The position numbers and the translations under genes were made by a program. This document shows positions 27,250-36,185 of a stretch of 50,530 nucleotides of DNA, piece by piece. The notes below the pieces were generated by a model. The model did no database searches and was not told the origin of the DNA. It saw only the letters and a list, made by a program, of their open reading frames with translations. The first letter of the stretch is position 1; each line of letters begins with the position of its first letter. This DNA is from Candidatus Methylomirabilota bacterium. GTDB taxonomy: Bacteria > Methylomirabilota > Methylomirabilia > Rokubacteriales > CSP1-6. The stretch is from contig DASRIY010000474.1 of assembly GCA_035649755.1 (NCBI GenBank), positions 1 to 50,530 on the forward strand. Direction: 5' to 3'.

Positions 27250-29340
27250 CTAGCCGGACGTCGCCAGAGCAAGCTTGCCCCGCCAGCGGGCGAGCAGCAG
27301 CGCGCGCAGCGCGCGGTGCGCGGGATCGGTCAGCTCCGGATCGCGCGACACCATCCCGCCGGCCTCGCGCCGCGCGTCCTCCAGGAGCGCCGTGTCGCGC
27401 AGCAGCTCGGCGGCGCGGAACTCGGGGATCCCGGACTGGCGCGTGCCGAAGAACTCACCCGGACCGCGCAGCTCCAGATCGGCCTCGGCGATCCGGAAGC
27501 CGTCGTTGGTCGCCGTCATCGCGTCGATCCGCCGCTGGGCGTCCTCGCCGAGGTTTCCGCCGGTGAGCAAGATACAGTACGACTTCCACTCGCCGCGGCC
27601 GACGCGCCCGCGGAGCTGATGGAGCTGCGAGAGACCGAAGCGCTCGGCGTGCTCGATCAGCATGACGGACGCGTTGGGCACGTCGATGCCGACCTCGATG
27701 ACCGTCGTGGAGACGAGCACGTGGATCTCCCCCGCCTTGAAGCGGCGCATGATCGCGTCCTTCTCCTCGAAGCCGAGGCGCCCGTGCAGGAGTCCGATCG
27801 TGAGCTCGGGAAAGATCTCGTCGGCCAGGCGCCGGGCCATGTCGGTGGCGGCCTTCAGGTCGAGCTTCTCCGACTCCTCGACCAGCGGATAGACGACGTA
27901 GACCTGGCGCCCGGCGCCCACCTGCTCCTTGAGGAACTTGTAGATCTCCCGCCGCTTCGACTCGGTGCGCGCCACCGTGACGACGGGGCGGCGGCCGGGC
28001 GGCAGCTCGTCGAGCACCGAGACGTCGAGGTCACCATAGATGGTCAGCGCGAGCGTGCGCGGGATCGGCGTCGCCGTCATCACCAGGAGATCGGGGTGCT
28101 CGCCCTTGCTCCTGAGCCGCGCGCGCTGCTCGACGCCGAACCGGTGCTGCTCGTCGACCACCACGAGCCCGAGCCGTCGGAACTCGACGCCCTCCTGGAC
28201 CAGCGCGTGGGTGCCCACGACGCACGCGGTGCCGCCTGCCGCCAGCCCGGCCCGGCGGGCGGCCCGCTCCTTCGGCTTGAGCGAGGAGGTCAGGAGCGTC
28301 AGCTCCACGCCGAGCGGCTCCAGGAGCTGGCGAAACGTCATGAAGTGCTGCTCCGCCAGGATCTCCGTCGGCGCCATCACCGCCGCCTGATAGCCGGACT
28401 CGATCGCCGTCAGGACTCCGAGCGCCGCCACGACCGTCTTGCCCGATCCGACATCGCCCTGGAGGAGCCGGTGCATCGGATGCGGCGCCGCCATGTCGCG
28501 CCGGAGCTCTTCCCACACGCGCTCCTGGGCGCCCGTCAGCTTGAAGGGCAGGCTTGCCCGGAGCCGCGCGACGAGATCGCCGCGCGGGTTCATCGAGAGC
28601 CCGCGCTCGCGGGCCACGCGCGAGCGCAGAATGGCCAGGCCGAGCTGCAGCAAGAGCCCCTCGTCGAATGTGAGGCGCCGGCGCGCCGCCGCCAGCGCTC
28701 CGTCCGCCTCCGGGAAGTGCGCGTCGCGCACGGCCTGGGCCAGCCCCACCAGGCCGCGCCGCGCGCGCACGGTCTCGGGGAGCACCTCCTTTACCTCGGC
28801 GCTGAACGTGTCGACGAGCCGCCACATGAGTGAGCGGAGTGCGCGCTGGGGCAGTCCCTCGGTGAGCGAGTAGACCGGCACGAGTCGGCCGGTGTGCAGC
28901 CGCTCGTCCTCGCCGTTCTCGACGATCTCGTAGTCCGGCTGCTGGATGACCATCGCGCCCTTGTAGCGTCCGACGCGCCCGTGCAGGACCAGCCGCTGCC
29001 CGCGCTTGAGCACGCGCGACAGGTAGCGCCAGCCGAACCAGCTGGCGGTGGCGTAGCCGCTGGCGTCGCGCAGCATGACGGTGAACGGAATGCGGAAGCG
29101 GCCGGGCGGCGGCGGGCTCACCCCGACGATGACACCCGAGCACGTCGCGGCTTGCCCCGGCACGAGCGCGTTGAAGGGAGTCAGCCGTGTCCGGTCCTCG
29201 TGGCGCAGGGGAACGAAGAAGAGCGCGTCCTCGACGGTGCGTAGCCCCTTCTTCTCGAGCTGGCGCGCGCGCTGCGGCCCGACGCCCTTGACGAACTGCA
29301 GCGCCATCTGGAGGCCGCCCGGCGTGTCGGTTTGCTTCAA
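27250..29340 (-). CDS. recG: ATP-dependent DNA helicase RecG
   Basis: [26 protein letters not shown] and [12 protein letters not shown]. Start TTG 29340 or ATG 29307. Confidence 0.95.
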   Translation of the reverse strand: MKQTDTPGGLQMALQFVKGVGPQRARQLEKKGLRTVEDALFFVPLRHEDRTRLTPFNALVPGQAATCSGVIVGVSPPPPGRFRIPFTVMLRDASGYATASWFGWRYLSRVLKRGQRLVLHGRVGRYKGAMVIQQPDYEIVENGEDERLHTGRLVPVYSLTEGLPQRALRSLMWRLVDTFSAEVKEVLPETVRARRGLVGLAQAVRDAHFPEADGALAAARRRLTFDEGLLLQLGLAILRSRVARERGLSMNPRGDLVARLRASLPFKLTGAQERVWEELRRDMAAPHPMHRLLQGDVGSGKTVVAALGVLTAIESGYQAAVMAPTEILAEQHFMTFRQLLEPLGVELTLLTSSLKPKERAARRAGLAAGGTACVVGTHALVQEGVEFRRLGLVVVDEQHRFGVEQRARLRSKGEHPDLLVMTATPIPRTLALTIYGDLDVSVLDELPPGRRPVVTVARTESKRREIYKFLKEQVGAGRQVYVVYPLVEESEKLDLKAATDMARRLADEIFPELTIGLLHGRLGFEEKDAIMRRFKAGEIHVLVSTTVIEVGIDVPNASVMLIEHAERFGLSQLHQLRGRVGRGEWKSYCILLTGGNLGEDAQRRIDAMTATNDGFRIAEADLELRGPGEFFGTRQSGIPEFRAAELLRDTALLEDARREAGGMVSRDPELTDPAHRALRALLLARWRGKLALATSG

Positions 29341-29405
29341 GGACGCGGGCGTGCTATAGATTCCAGTCGGTCCAGTCCACGAAAACCGGAGTCCAGGGAG
29401 CGTTC

Positions 29406-29597
29406 ATGGCGCAGCGCTGCGATGTTTGCGGGAAGGGTCCCTCTGTCGGTCACAAGATCAGCCACGCGCACAAGCTGACGAAGCGGCGCTGGCTTCCCAA
29501 CCTCGTCTCGATGCGGGCGTTGGTGAGCGGCAAAGCCCGGCGCGTGCGCGTGTGCACCCGTTGCCTCAAGGCCGGTAAGGTCACGAAGGTCATTTAA
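29406..29597 (+). CDS. rpmB: 50S ribosomal protein L28 (Zn-ribbon form)
   Basis: CDVCGK...[14 protein letters not shown]...VCTRCLK; SD GGGAG. Confidence 0.95.
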   Translation: MAQRCDVCGKGPSVGHKISHAHKLTKRRWLPNLVSMRALVSGKARRVRVCTRCLKAGKVTKVI

Positions 29598-29607
29598 GCA
29601 CATGCAC

Positions 29608-29635
29608 AAACGGGAGGGGGCCGAGCCCCCTCCCG
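29608..29635 (-). terminator. Intrinsic terminator hairpin
   Basis: Perfect 11-bp stem CGGGAGGGGGC-cga-GCCCCCTCCCG with a short U tail (TTTG) on the minus strand, between convergent genes. Confidence 0.6.
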
Positions 29636-29680
29636 AAAGTCTGGTGGGAGGCTGCCACCCCCCACCGTAGAACAGCAGCA

Positions 29681-29713
29681 CTACTTCTTCTTCTTCTTGG
29701 CCTTCTTCTTCAT
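29681..29713 (-). CDS. Poly-lysine micro-ORF 2: MKKKAKKKKK (10 aa)
   Basis: ATG AAG AAG AAG GCC AAG AAG AAG AAG AAG TAG, preceded by SD AGGGGGTGA. Confidence 0.55.
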   Translation of the reverse strand: MKKKAKKKKK

Positions 29714-29758
29714 CGAGCGTCTCACCCCCTTCCCTGGAGAATCTCGCGACCGCTCACG

Positions 29759-29797
29759 CTACTTGCCCTTCTTCTTCTTCGTCGCCTTCTTCTTCAC
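29759..29797 (-). CDS. Poly-lysine micro-ORF 1: MKKKATKKKKGK (12 aa)
   Basis: GTG AAG AAG AAG GCG ACG AAG AAG AAG AAG GGC AAG TAG; start lies 7 nt after the AGGAGG core of a full SD AAGGAGGTGAT. Confidence 0.6.
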   Translation of the reverse strand: MKKKATKKKKGK

Positions 29798-29821
29798 CAA
29801 ATCACCTCCTTCCGCGATCGC

Positions 29822-30871
29822 TCAGTAACCCATCGCTTCGCGCCGCACGTGCTCGGCCTGCTCGGGCCCGCGGCGCTCGTAGTGGATCAAGTCGGCGTAG
29901 AGCTGGGGCAGGCATACCACCTTGAGCCCGCCCTTCTCGTACGCGCCGTGCAGCACGCCCGGGTCGTACGGCTGGAGAATGTGGAGCGTGCCGTCGGCTT
30001 CGGTCGCCGGGCGCAGACCGAGGGCCTGCGCGACCGGCGCGGGATCGCCCTCGAGATAGCAGTGGACGGTCGGCAGCCGGAGGCTCGGGACGAGGAGCGC
30101 CGCGCCCGCGTTGAGCGTGAACGCGTAGGAGCGGCCCGCGGCGAGCGCGGCGCGGGCGATCTCCCCCATGAACTTCCGCGTCACGCGCTCGGGCGCCAGG
30201 TACGACGTGATCCCGTTCGCGCGATACGTATACGACTCGCACCACGCCTCGAGCAAGTCGGCCGGCTTCGACAGGTGGATGCGCTGGTCCGCGTCGCGCT
30301 CGGCCCACGCCAGCTCCTCGAGCCGCTTCACGACGTTGTGCGAGTGCCCGAGGCTCACGCCCGCGGCCTTCCCGAGCTCCTCGAGGCGCCACGTGCGAAC
30401 CGGCTCGATCAGGAGCACCCGGACGACACGGGTCGCGCGGGGCGCGAACAGTGAGCGCAGAGGCCGCGTCGAAGGCCGGACGTTGCGCTTGCCCTCTTTC
30501 TCGATCAGGACGTTCCCGAAGGCCAGATAGCAGTTGCCGGACAGGTCGACGTATCCGAGGCCGTTGTTCTTGAGGATCCGGGCACTCTGCGGGCCGATGT
30601 AGGCGGCCGCCGCGACTGGATGCGCCCCGGGGAGCTCTCTACGAATCTCGTTGAGGCGGGTCACGGAGGCTCGAATCTGCCGGGGCTGGCCGAGTGAGCT
30701 GACCTCAACCACGATCGTATGCTCCTGGCCGCCGAGCTGGAAGCGCGAGACCAAGTCCGCGGTCTGACTGCCGATTCTGGAGTCGGCGCTTTCCTGCCAG
30801 CCCGTTGCCGCAGGGAGAAGCTCCTGCAGCCGCTGCCCAACCTGCTTCCGAACCTCCCCGGATTTCAACAT
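29822..30871 (-). CDS. AbiEi-like (type IV TA antitoxin family) winged-HTH regulator, orphan
   Basis: N-terminal degenerate PD-(D/E)xK-like segment (ADL...VEVSSLGQPR), wHTH (LEELGKAAGVSLGHSHNVVKRL) and C-terminal PQLYADL...RG.EQAE, as recalled for AbiEi_2/DUF2186. Confidence 0.7.
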   Translation of the reverse strand: MLKSGEVRKQVGQRLQELLPAATGWQESADSRIGSQTADLVSRFQLGGQEHTIVVEVSSLGQPRQIRASVTRLNEIRRELPGAHPVAAAAYIGPQSARILKNNGLGYVDLSGNCYLAFGNVLIEKEGKRNVRPSTRPLRSLFAPRATRVVRVLLIEPVRTWRLEELGKAAGVSLGHSHNVVKRLEELAWAERDADQRIHLSKPADLLEAWCESYTYRANGITSYLAPERVTRKFMGEIARAALAAGRSYAFTLNAGAALLVPSLRLPTVHCYLEGDPAPVAQALGLRPATEADGTLHILQPYDPGVLHGAYEKGGLKVVCLPQLYADLIHYERRGPEQAEHVRREAMGY

Positions 30872-30888
30872 GTTTCTCTGACTCCGCT

Positions 30889-30910
30889 TGTTTCAGCATC
30901 TGCTGAAACA
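30889..30910. promoter_or_regulatory. Perfect inverted repeat, probable operator
   Basis: TGTTTCAGCA-TC-TGCTGAAACA (10-bp arms), overlapping the -10 box. Confidence 0.65.
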
Positions 30911-30937
30911 TTACAGACGACTGAAAGAGCCTGTCAA
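30908..30937 (-). promoter_or_regulatory. Sigma-70 promoter of the AbiEi-like gene
   Basis: TTGACA (30937-30932) - 18 nt - TAATGT (30913-30908). Confidence 0.6.
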
Positions 30938-30967
30938 GCCAAAACTTACGAGCAATCGGTAGAAGAG

Positions 30968-32659
30968 TTATCCGGTGATCGAGTCACGAGCCAGAGCCTC
31001 GAGGCTACAGCGCAGGCGAACATGCCCGTCCAGTCGTCGGGCGTAATCCATCTCGCTGGGGCCGCCCTTCGCCCGCATCAGCGCGACGAGCGCGCGGCGC
31101 TGCGCCGACGACCAGGCGCCGAGATCGGGGATGAGCGCCGCGACGAGCGACATCCGGGCGAACGCGCGCCGCTCGGCGGTGGGCCATCCGGTTCTGCGCG
31201 CGGCGCCGAGGATGCCACCGACGCGCTCGGTCGATTCGCGCGTCGCCAGGCTCCGGTCGCCGCCGAACTCGCGCGCGATCATTCGCGCGACGAGCGCCGA
31301 GACGTCGGTCGCGCGCAGGCGCCTCTCGGGAGCCGCCAGGCCGCCCGGCAGCGTCAGGTAGACCTCGTCGGCGGCCAGGCGCTTGAGCACCGGGATCGGC
31401 GAGCGATAGCTCGGGTCGGCGGCGATCTTCGCGCGCTCCTCGGCCAGCACGCGGACGACGCCCGGATCGCGCGGACGGAATCCGAGGCGGTGATAGAAGT
31501 AGAACGAGCCCGAGCGCAGCGCCTCGGTGCTCTCGTGGCCGAGCTGGTAGCGGTCGATGACGACGGTCTTCATGTTGAAGATCCGGCGATACGCCCGCAA
31601 AAGCTGCATCGCGAGGTACGCCGATTCGCCCTGGCGAAACGACGCGAAGATGTTCACCGCGAAGTCGAGCGTGCCGAACAATTCCCACCCGCCTCCGTAG
31701 CTGACGGGCACGCCATTCTTGAGAACGAGAAAGCCGTAATAGCCCTCGAGCGGCAGGCGAAAGTCCGGCGCGATCCCGATGAAGACCAGCGTGAGCCCAC
31801 GGCCGGCGTCGACGAGCAGCACGTCGTCGGGATTCGGATGGGAGAACGCGTGGAGCTCGCGCTGGCGCGTCGCCATCGCCACGCGGGCCGCCTCGATCAG
31901 CGCCTCGGCCCGATCGCGGTGCGCGCGGACGAGCGGCGGCGGCCGCCGGAGCGCTTCGACGAGGTCCCCAGCGCTCCGATCCAGGCCCGCCGGATGAAAA
32001 AACACCTGCCGGCACGGAAGTCGCGCGAGCGTCCGCGACGCGCCGGGGCCGCGCGGGCGCCAGAGAATCGGCAGCGCGACGCTCTCGAACAGCCAGTCGC
32101 GCGTCTCCTCGGGCAGCCCGGTGCGGGCGAACAGCTCGAGCACCACCGCGAGATCGCTCAGCCGGCGGCCGCCCTTCGCCACGCGAAGCCACTGCCGCCA
32201 GCCCATGCCGCCCTCGCTGAACGCGTCGCCTTCCGCCGCGGTCGCCAGCAGCGACAAGGTCTCGTCGAGACGATCGGCGTCGTCGAAGCGGCTCCAGGCG
32301 ATCTCGGTGTCGGGCGGAAAGCGCGCGGCGAGCCATCGGGCCATCGGGTAGCCGAACGGATAGTCGAGCGTGGCGCCGCCGATCCCGGAATCGTGGAGCC
32401 GTCGCGCGGACGGCCCGAGCCGCGCCACCCGGCTCGCGAAGCCCTCGAGTGCCTTGTCGACGAGCTCGAGGACGCGCGCGTCATCCGGGTATGCCTGCAG
32501 AAAGCAGAGCGCCTCGTGGAATCGGCCGAGCGTGCCGGGGTGGCGGATCGCGCAGCGCTCGAGGCCTTCGAGCAGCTGGCACTTCTGCTTTTGATCTTCG
32601 GGCGAGTAGCGGGCGGCGGCCGCCGCCAGGGCCTCGACGAGGCGCCGGCCCCGGCTCAT
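30968..32659 (-). CDS. Hypothetical protein, 563 aa, with possible GNAT-like domain
   Basis: Long ORF with protein-like composition, abutting the upstream zincin gene; contains FASFRQGE and FYHRLGF. Confidence 0.75.
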   Translation of the reverse strand: MSRGRRLVEALAAAAARYSPEDQKQKCQLLEGLERCAIRHPGTLGRFHEALCFLQAYPDDARVLELVDKALEGFASRVARLGPSARRLHDSGIGGATLDYPFGYPMARWLAARFPPDTEIAWSRFDDADRLDETLSLLATAAEGDAFSEGGMGWRQWLRVAKGGRRLSDLAVVLELFARTGLPEETRDWLFESVALPILWRPRGPGASRTLARLPCRQVFFHPAGLDRSAGDLVEALRRPPPLVRAHRDRAEALIEAARVAMATRQRELHAFSHPNPDDVLLVDAGRGLTLVFIGIAPDFRLPLEGYYGFLVLKNGVPVSYGGGWELFGTLDFAVNIFASFRQGESAYLAMQLLRAYRRIFNMKTVVIDRYQLGHESTEALRSGSFYFYHRLGFRPRDPGVVRVLAEERAKIAADPSYRSPIPVLKRLAADEVYLTLPGGLAAPERRLRATDVSALVARMIAREFGGDRSLATRESTERVGGILGAARRTGWPTAERRAFARMSLVAALIPDLGAWSSAQRRALVALMRAKGGPSEMDYARRLDGHVRLRCSLEALARDSITG

Positions 32660-33034
32660 CTAGGGCTCTGAGCCCTCGATACGCTCCATGGTCTCGTCGT
32701 CGAGGCCGAAGTAGTGGCCGAGCTCGTGGATGACCGTGTCGCGGACGAGCTCGGCCATCTCGGCCTCGTCCACGCAGTCCTCCTCGATCGGCCCCTGATA
32801 GATCGTGATCGTGTCGGGCAGGACGTTGCCGTAGCTCGAGTCACGGCGCGTGAGATCGATGCCACGGTACAGGCCGTACAGCGTGTCCGGCGGCTCGATC
32901 CCGACATCGGCCAGCGTCTCGTCGTCCGCCCAGTCCTCCACGACGACGGCGATGTTCGCGATCTTGTCCTTGAACCGCCTGGGCAGGCGCCGGAGCGCCT
33001 TCTCGACGAGCGATTCGAACTGGCGGCGCGTCAC
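32660..33034 (-). CDS. Minimal zincin-like metallopeptidase
   Basis: LYGLYRG, PDTITIYQGPI and HELGHYFGLDD (HExxH). Confidence 0.88.
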   Translation of the reverse strand: MTRRQFESLVEKALRRLPRRFKDKIANIAVVVEDWADDETLADVGIEPPDTLYGLYRGIDLTRRDSSYGNVLPDTITIYQGPIEEDCVDEAEMAELVRDTVIHELGHYFGLDDETMERIEGSEP

Positions 33035-33062
33035 GATCGGCGGTCCGGCCCGCCGGCGGGCA

Positions 33063-35204
33063 CTAGAGCCCTCGCACGCGCTCGACGTTGATGACGTCTC
33101 TGACCTCGCGGATGGACTGGATGATGTCCTGGAGCTGGCGGACGTCGGCGACCTCGACGACGAAGTTGTTGATGCCGCGGCGATCGTCGGTCACGGTCAC
33201 CTCGGCCTTCGTGATGTTGCCGTTGCGCGCCGAGATAGCGCCGGTGATCTCCGAGAGGAGCCCCGGACGGTCCTGGCCGATGTAGACCGCGATGCGAACC
33301 GGGCGCTTGCCGGGCTCGGCTACGTCCCACTCGACGTCGATCAGCCGTTCCCGATCGAGCACGCTCTTGGCGACGGTCAGACAGTCGCGCGCGTGCACCG
33401 TGAGCCCGCGGCCCCGGGTGATGAAGCCCACGATCGGATCGCCCGGCAGCGGATTGCAGCAGCGCGCGAACCGCACCAGGAGGTCGTCCACCCCGCGGAT
33501 CCGCACGCCGTCGGTGGGCGCCGGCCGCGTCTGGTTTGCCTTCGGCCGCTCCGGCGGCTCGAGGAGCGCGTTGGGCGCCAGCTTGTTCAGCACCTGGTGG
33601 ACCGAGCTCTTGCCGTAGCCGATCGCCGCCAGGAGATCGTCGGATCCCGGGAAGCCGAAGTCGGCTGCGACCTTCCTGAGGTCGTCGCCGGCCAGGAGCG
33701 GCGTCGGGTTCAGGCGGTACTTCCGCGCCTCGCGCTCGAACAGCTCGCGGCCAAGCTCGATCGAGCGCGCGCGCTCCTCGACCTTGAGCCACTGGTTGAT
33801 CTTCGCGCGCGCCCGCGTGGACTTGACGATCTTCAGCCAGTCCCGGCTCGGGTGCTGGCTGGGCGAGGTCACAATCTCGACGATGTCGCCCTGGCGCAGC
33901 GTGAAGCGGAGCGGGACGAGCTTGGCGTTCACCTTCGCACCGACACAGTGCTCACCGACCTTGGTGTGCACCGCGTAGGCGAAGTCGAGCGGCGTCGCGC
34001 CTTCCGGGAGCGCCTTGACGTCGCCCTTGGGCGTGAACACGTAGACCTCGTCGGGGAAGAGGTCGACCCGGACGGTGTCCATGAATTCCCGCGGATCCTT
34101 CGTGTCCTGCTGCGTCTCGATCAGCTGGCGCAGCCACACCAGCGACTCGTCGAGCTTGTCCTTGCCCGCCTTGCGCTCCTTGTAGAGCCAGTGCGCGGCA
34201 ATACCCTCCTCGGCGATGCGATGCATCTCGCGCGTGCGGATCTGGATCTCCACCGGATCGCCCTTGGGCCCGATCACCGTCGTGTGGAGCGACTGGTACA
34301 TGTTGACCTTCGGCATCGCGATGAAGTCCTTGAAGCGGCCCGGCACGGGCTTCCACAAGGAATGGATGACGCCGAGGGCACCGTAGCAGTCGCGCACGGA
34401 CGCGGTGATGACGCGGACGGCCGTGAGGTCGTAGATCTCGTCGAACTCCCGGCCCTGGTCGTGCATCTTCTTCCAGATCGAGTAGAAGTGCTTGGGGCGG
34501 CCGCGGATCTGGGAATCGATGCCGACCTCGGAGAGCTTGCGCTGGAGAATCGCGATGACCTGGTTGATGTCCGCCTCGCGCTCGAGACGGCGCTTGGCGA
34601 CGCGCTTCTGGAGATCCAGGTAGTCGCCCGGATTGAGGTTGCGCAGGGCGAGATCCTCGAGCTCCGCCTTCACCTTGGCCATGCCGAGCCGGTGGGCCAG
34701 AGGCGCGTAGATGTCGAGCGTCTCCTGCGCGATCTTCCGGGAACGGTCGGGCGGAAGGTAGTCGAGGGTGCGCATGTTGTGGAGACGATCGGCGAGCTTG
34801 ATCATCAGCACGCGCAGGTCGCGCGCCATCGCCACCAGCATCTTCCGGAAGTTCTCGGCCTGGCGCTCCTCGCGCGACGAGAAGGCGAGCTTGCCGATCT
34901 TCGTGACGCCGTCCACGAGCTCGGCGATCTCGCCGCCGAACTCGCGCTCGAGATCGGCCTTGGTGGCGGTCGTGTCCTCCAGGACGTCGTGGAGGAGGCC
35001 GGCCGTCACCGTGGTCACGTCCATCTTGAAATCGACGAGGAGGGTGGCGACCTCGAGCGGGTGGCTGAGGTACGGCTCGCCGGAGGCGCGCTGCTGACCC
35101 TGGTGCGAGGCGGCGGAGAACTGGTAGGCGCGCGACAGGACGTCGAGATCAGCGCCCGGCTGATATTTCGGAATCGCCTCGATCAGCGTCTCTAGTTGGG
35201 TCAT
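33063..35204 (-). CDS. rel: Bifunctional (p)ppGpp synthetase/hydrolase (long RSH)
   Basis: Intact HDVLEDT hydrolase motif, RFKD and YQSLHT/EIQIRT synthetase motifs, TGS, CC and ACT domains. Confidence 0.95.
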   Translation of the reverse strand: MTQLETLIEAIPKYQPGADLDVLSRAYQFSAASHQGQQRASGEPYLSHPLEVATLLVDFKMDVTTVTAGLLHDVLEDTTATKADLEREFGGEIAELVDGVTKIGKLAFSSREERQAENFRKMLVAMARDLRVLMIKLADRLHNMRTLDYLPPDRSRKIAQETLDIYAPLAHRLGMAKVKAELEDLALRNLNPGDYLDLQKRVAKRRLEREADINQVIAILQRKLSEVGIDSQIRGRPKHFYSIWKKMHDQGREFDEIYDLTAVRVITASVRDCYGALGVIHSLWKPVPGRFKDFIAMPKVNMYQSLHTTVIGPKGDPVEIQIRTREMHRIAEEGIAAHWLYKERKAGKDKLDESLVWLRQLIETQQDTKDPREFMDTVRVDLFPDEVYVFTPKGDVKALPEGATPLDFAYAVHTKVGEHCVGAKVNAKLVPLRFTLRQGDIVEIVTSPSQHPSRDWLKIVKSTRARAKINQWLKVEERARSIELGRELFEREARKYRLNPTPLLAGDDLRKVAADFGFPGSDDLLAAIGYGKSSVHQVLNKLAPNALLEPPERPKANQTRPAPTDGVRIRGVDDLLVRFARCCNPLPGDPIVGFITRGRGLTVHARDCLTVAKSVLDRERLIDVEWDVAEPGKRPVRIAVYIGQDRPGLLSEITGAISARNGNITKAEVTVTDDRRGINNFVVEVADVRQLQDIIQSIREVRDVINVERVRGL

Positions 35205-35209
35205 GGCGC

Positions 35210-35237
35210 CAAAACCATTGGTTAACCACTGATTTTG
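35210..35237. promoter_or_regulatory. AT-rich imperfect palindrome directly upstream of rel
   Basis: CAAAACCATTGGTTAACCACTGATTTTG, 12 of 14 positions paired. Confidence 0.45.
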
Positions 35238-35246
35238 ACACGCTGA

Positions 35247-36185
35247 TCAGGCTTTCGCCACCGCTTTCTTGCCCCGACGCAGCCGCCCCTCGACGTAGTT
35301 GGTCCAGTCGACGACCAGCGCCGCCGCCACGTAGGTCGTGGAGTACGTCCCGGTGATGACGCCGACGAAGAGGACGAACGCGAAGTCCTCGAGCGTCCGG
35401 CCGCCGAAGAAGAGCAGGACGGCCGCCGAGAAGAACGTCGTGAGCGAGGTCAGGATGGTCCGCGACAGGGTCTGGTTGACCGCGTCATTCATCTGCTGGG
35501 CGAAGGTGCGCCCCTTCGGCACGAACTTGCCGCGGTTCTCGCGGAGCCGGTCGTAGGCGACGATCGTGTCGTTGACCGAGTAGCCGATGATCGTCAGGAG
35601 CGCCGCCAGCACCGGGAGCGAGAACTCGCGGTTGGTGAGCGACAGCGCGCCGAGGCAGACGATGACGTCGTGCAGGACCGCGATGACGGCGGCGACGCCG
35701 CCCCGCATATCGAAGCGAAAGGCCAGATAGATCGCGATCCAGATGAGTCCGGCCAGCACGAGGTAGAGCGCCTGAAGCTGCAGCTCGCGCCCCACCTGCG
35801 GGCCCACGAACTCGACGCGCCGGATCTCGAACTTGCCCAGGCTGTCGTTGGCGCCCAGGGCCCCCTGGACGCGCCGCGCGATCTCCTCCGAGCCGACCGC
35901 CGCCAGCGGCAGCCGGATGATGAACTCCTGGGCGTCGCCGAATTGCTGGATGATGCTCTCGCCGAGCTGGATCGTTCCCAGGTTGGTGCGGATCTGCGCG
36001 ATGGTGGGCGCCCGCTCGAAGCGCACCTGGATGAGGGTGCCCCCGGTGAAGTCGATGTCGTAGCGCAGCCCGCCCCGCGCCGCCAGCGAGATCAGCCCGA
36101 TGAGCGTGATGATGATCGAGACGGTATACGCCCACTTGCGCTTGCCGATGAAATCGTAGTTCGGACTCTTGAAGAGCTCGATCAA
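35247..36185 (-). CDS. secF: Protein translocase subunit SecF
   Basis: IDFTGGT, VGPQVG, GYSVNDTIV and QTLSRTILT. Confidence 0.95.
   Translation of the reverse strand: MIELFKSPNYDFIGKRKWAYTVSIIITLIGLISLAARGGLRYDIDFTGGTLIQVRFERAPTIAQIRTNLGTIQLGESIIQQFGDAQEFIIRLPLAAVGSEEIARRVQGALGANDSLGKFEIRRVEFVGPQVGRELQLQALYLVLAGLIWIAIYLAFRFDMRGGVAAVIAVLHDVIVCLGALSLTNREFSLPVLAALLTIIGYSVNDTIVAYDRLRENRGKFVPKGRTFAQQMNDAVNQTLSRTILTSLTTFFSAAVLLFFGGRTLEDFAFVLFVGVITGTYSTTYVAAALVVDWTNYVEGRLRRGKKAVAKA

Noticed and set aside
3078-35195. Long antisense or alternate-frame ORFs (e.g. 3078-5186, 26293-28833, 30719-32671, 32850-35195)
   Set aside because: Shadow ORFs of well-supported genes in GC-rich DNA, with no recognisable motifs.
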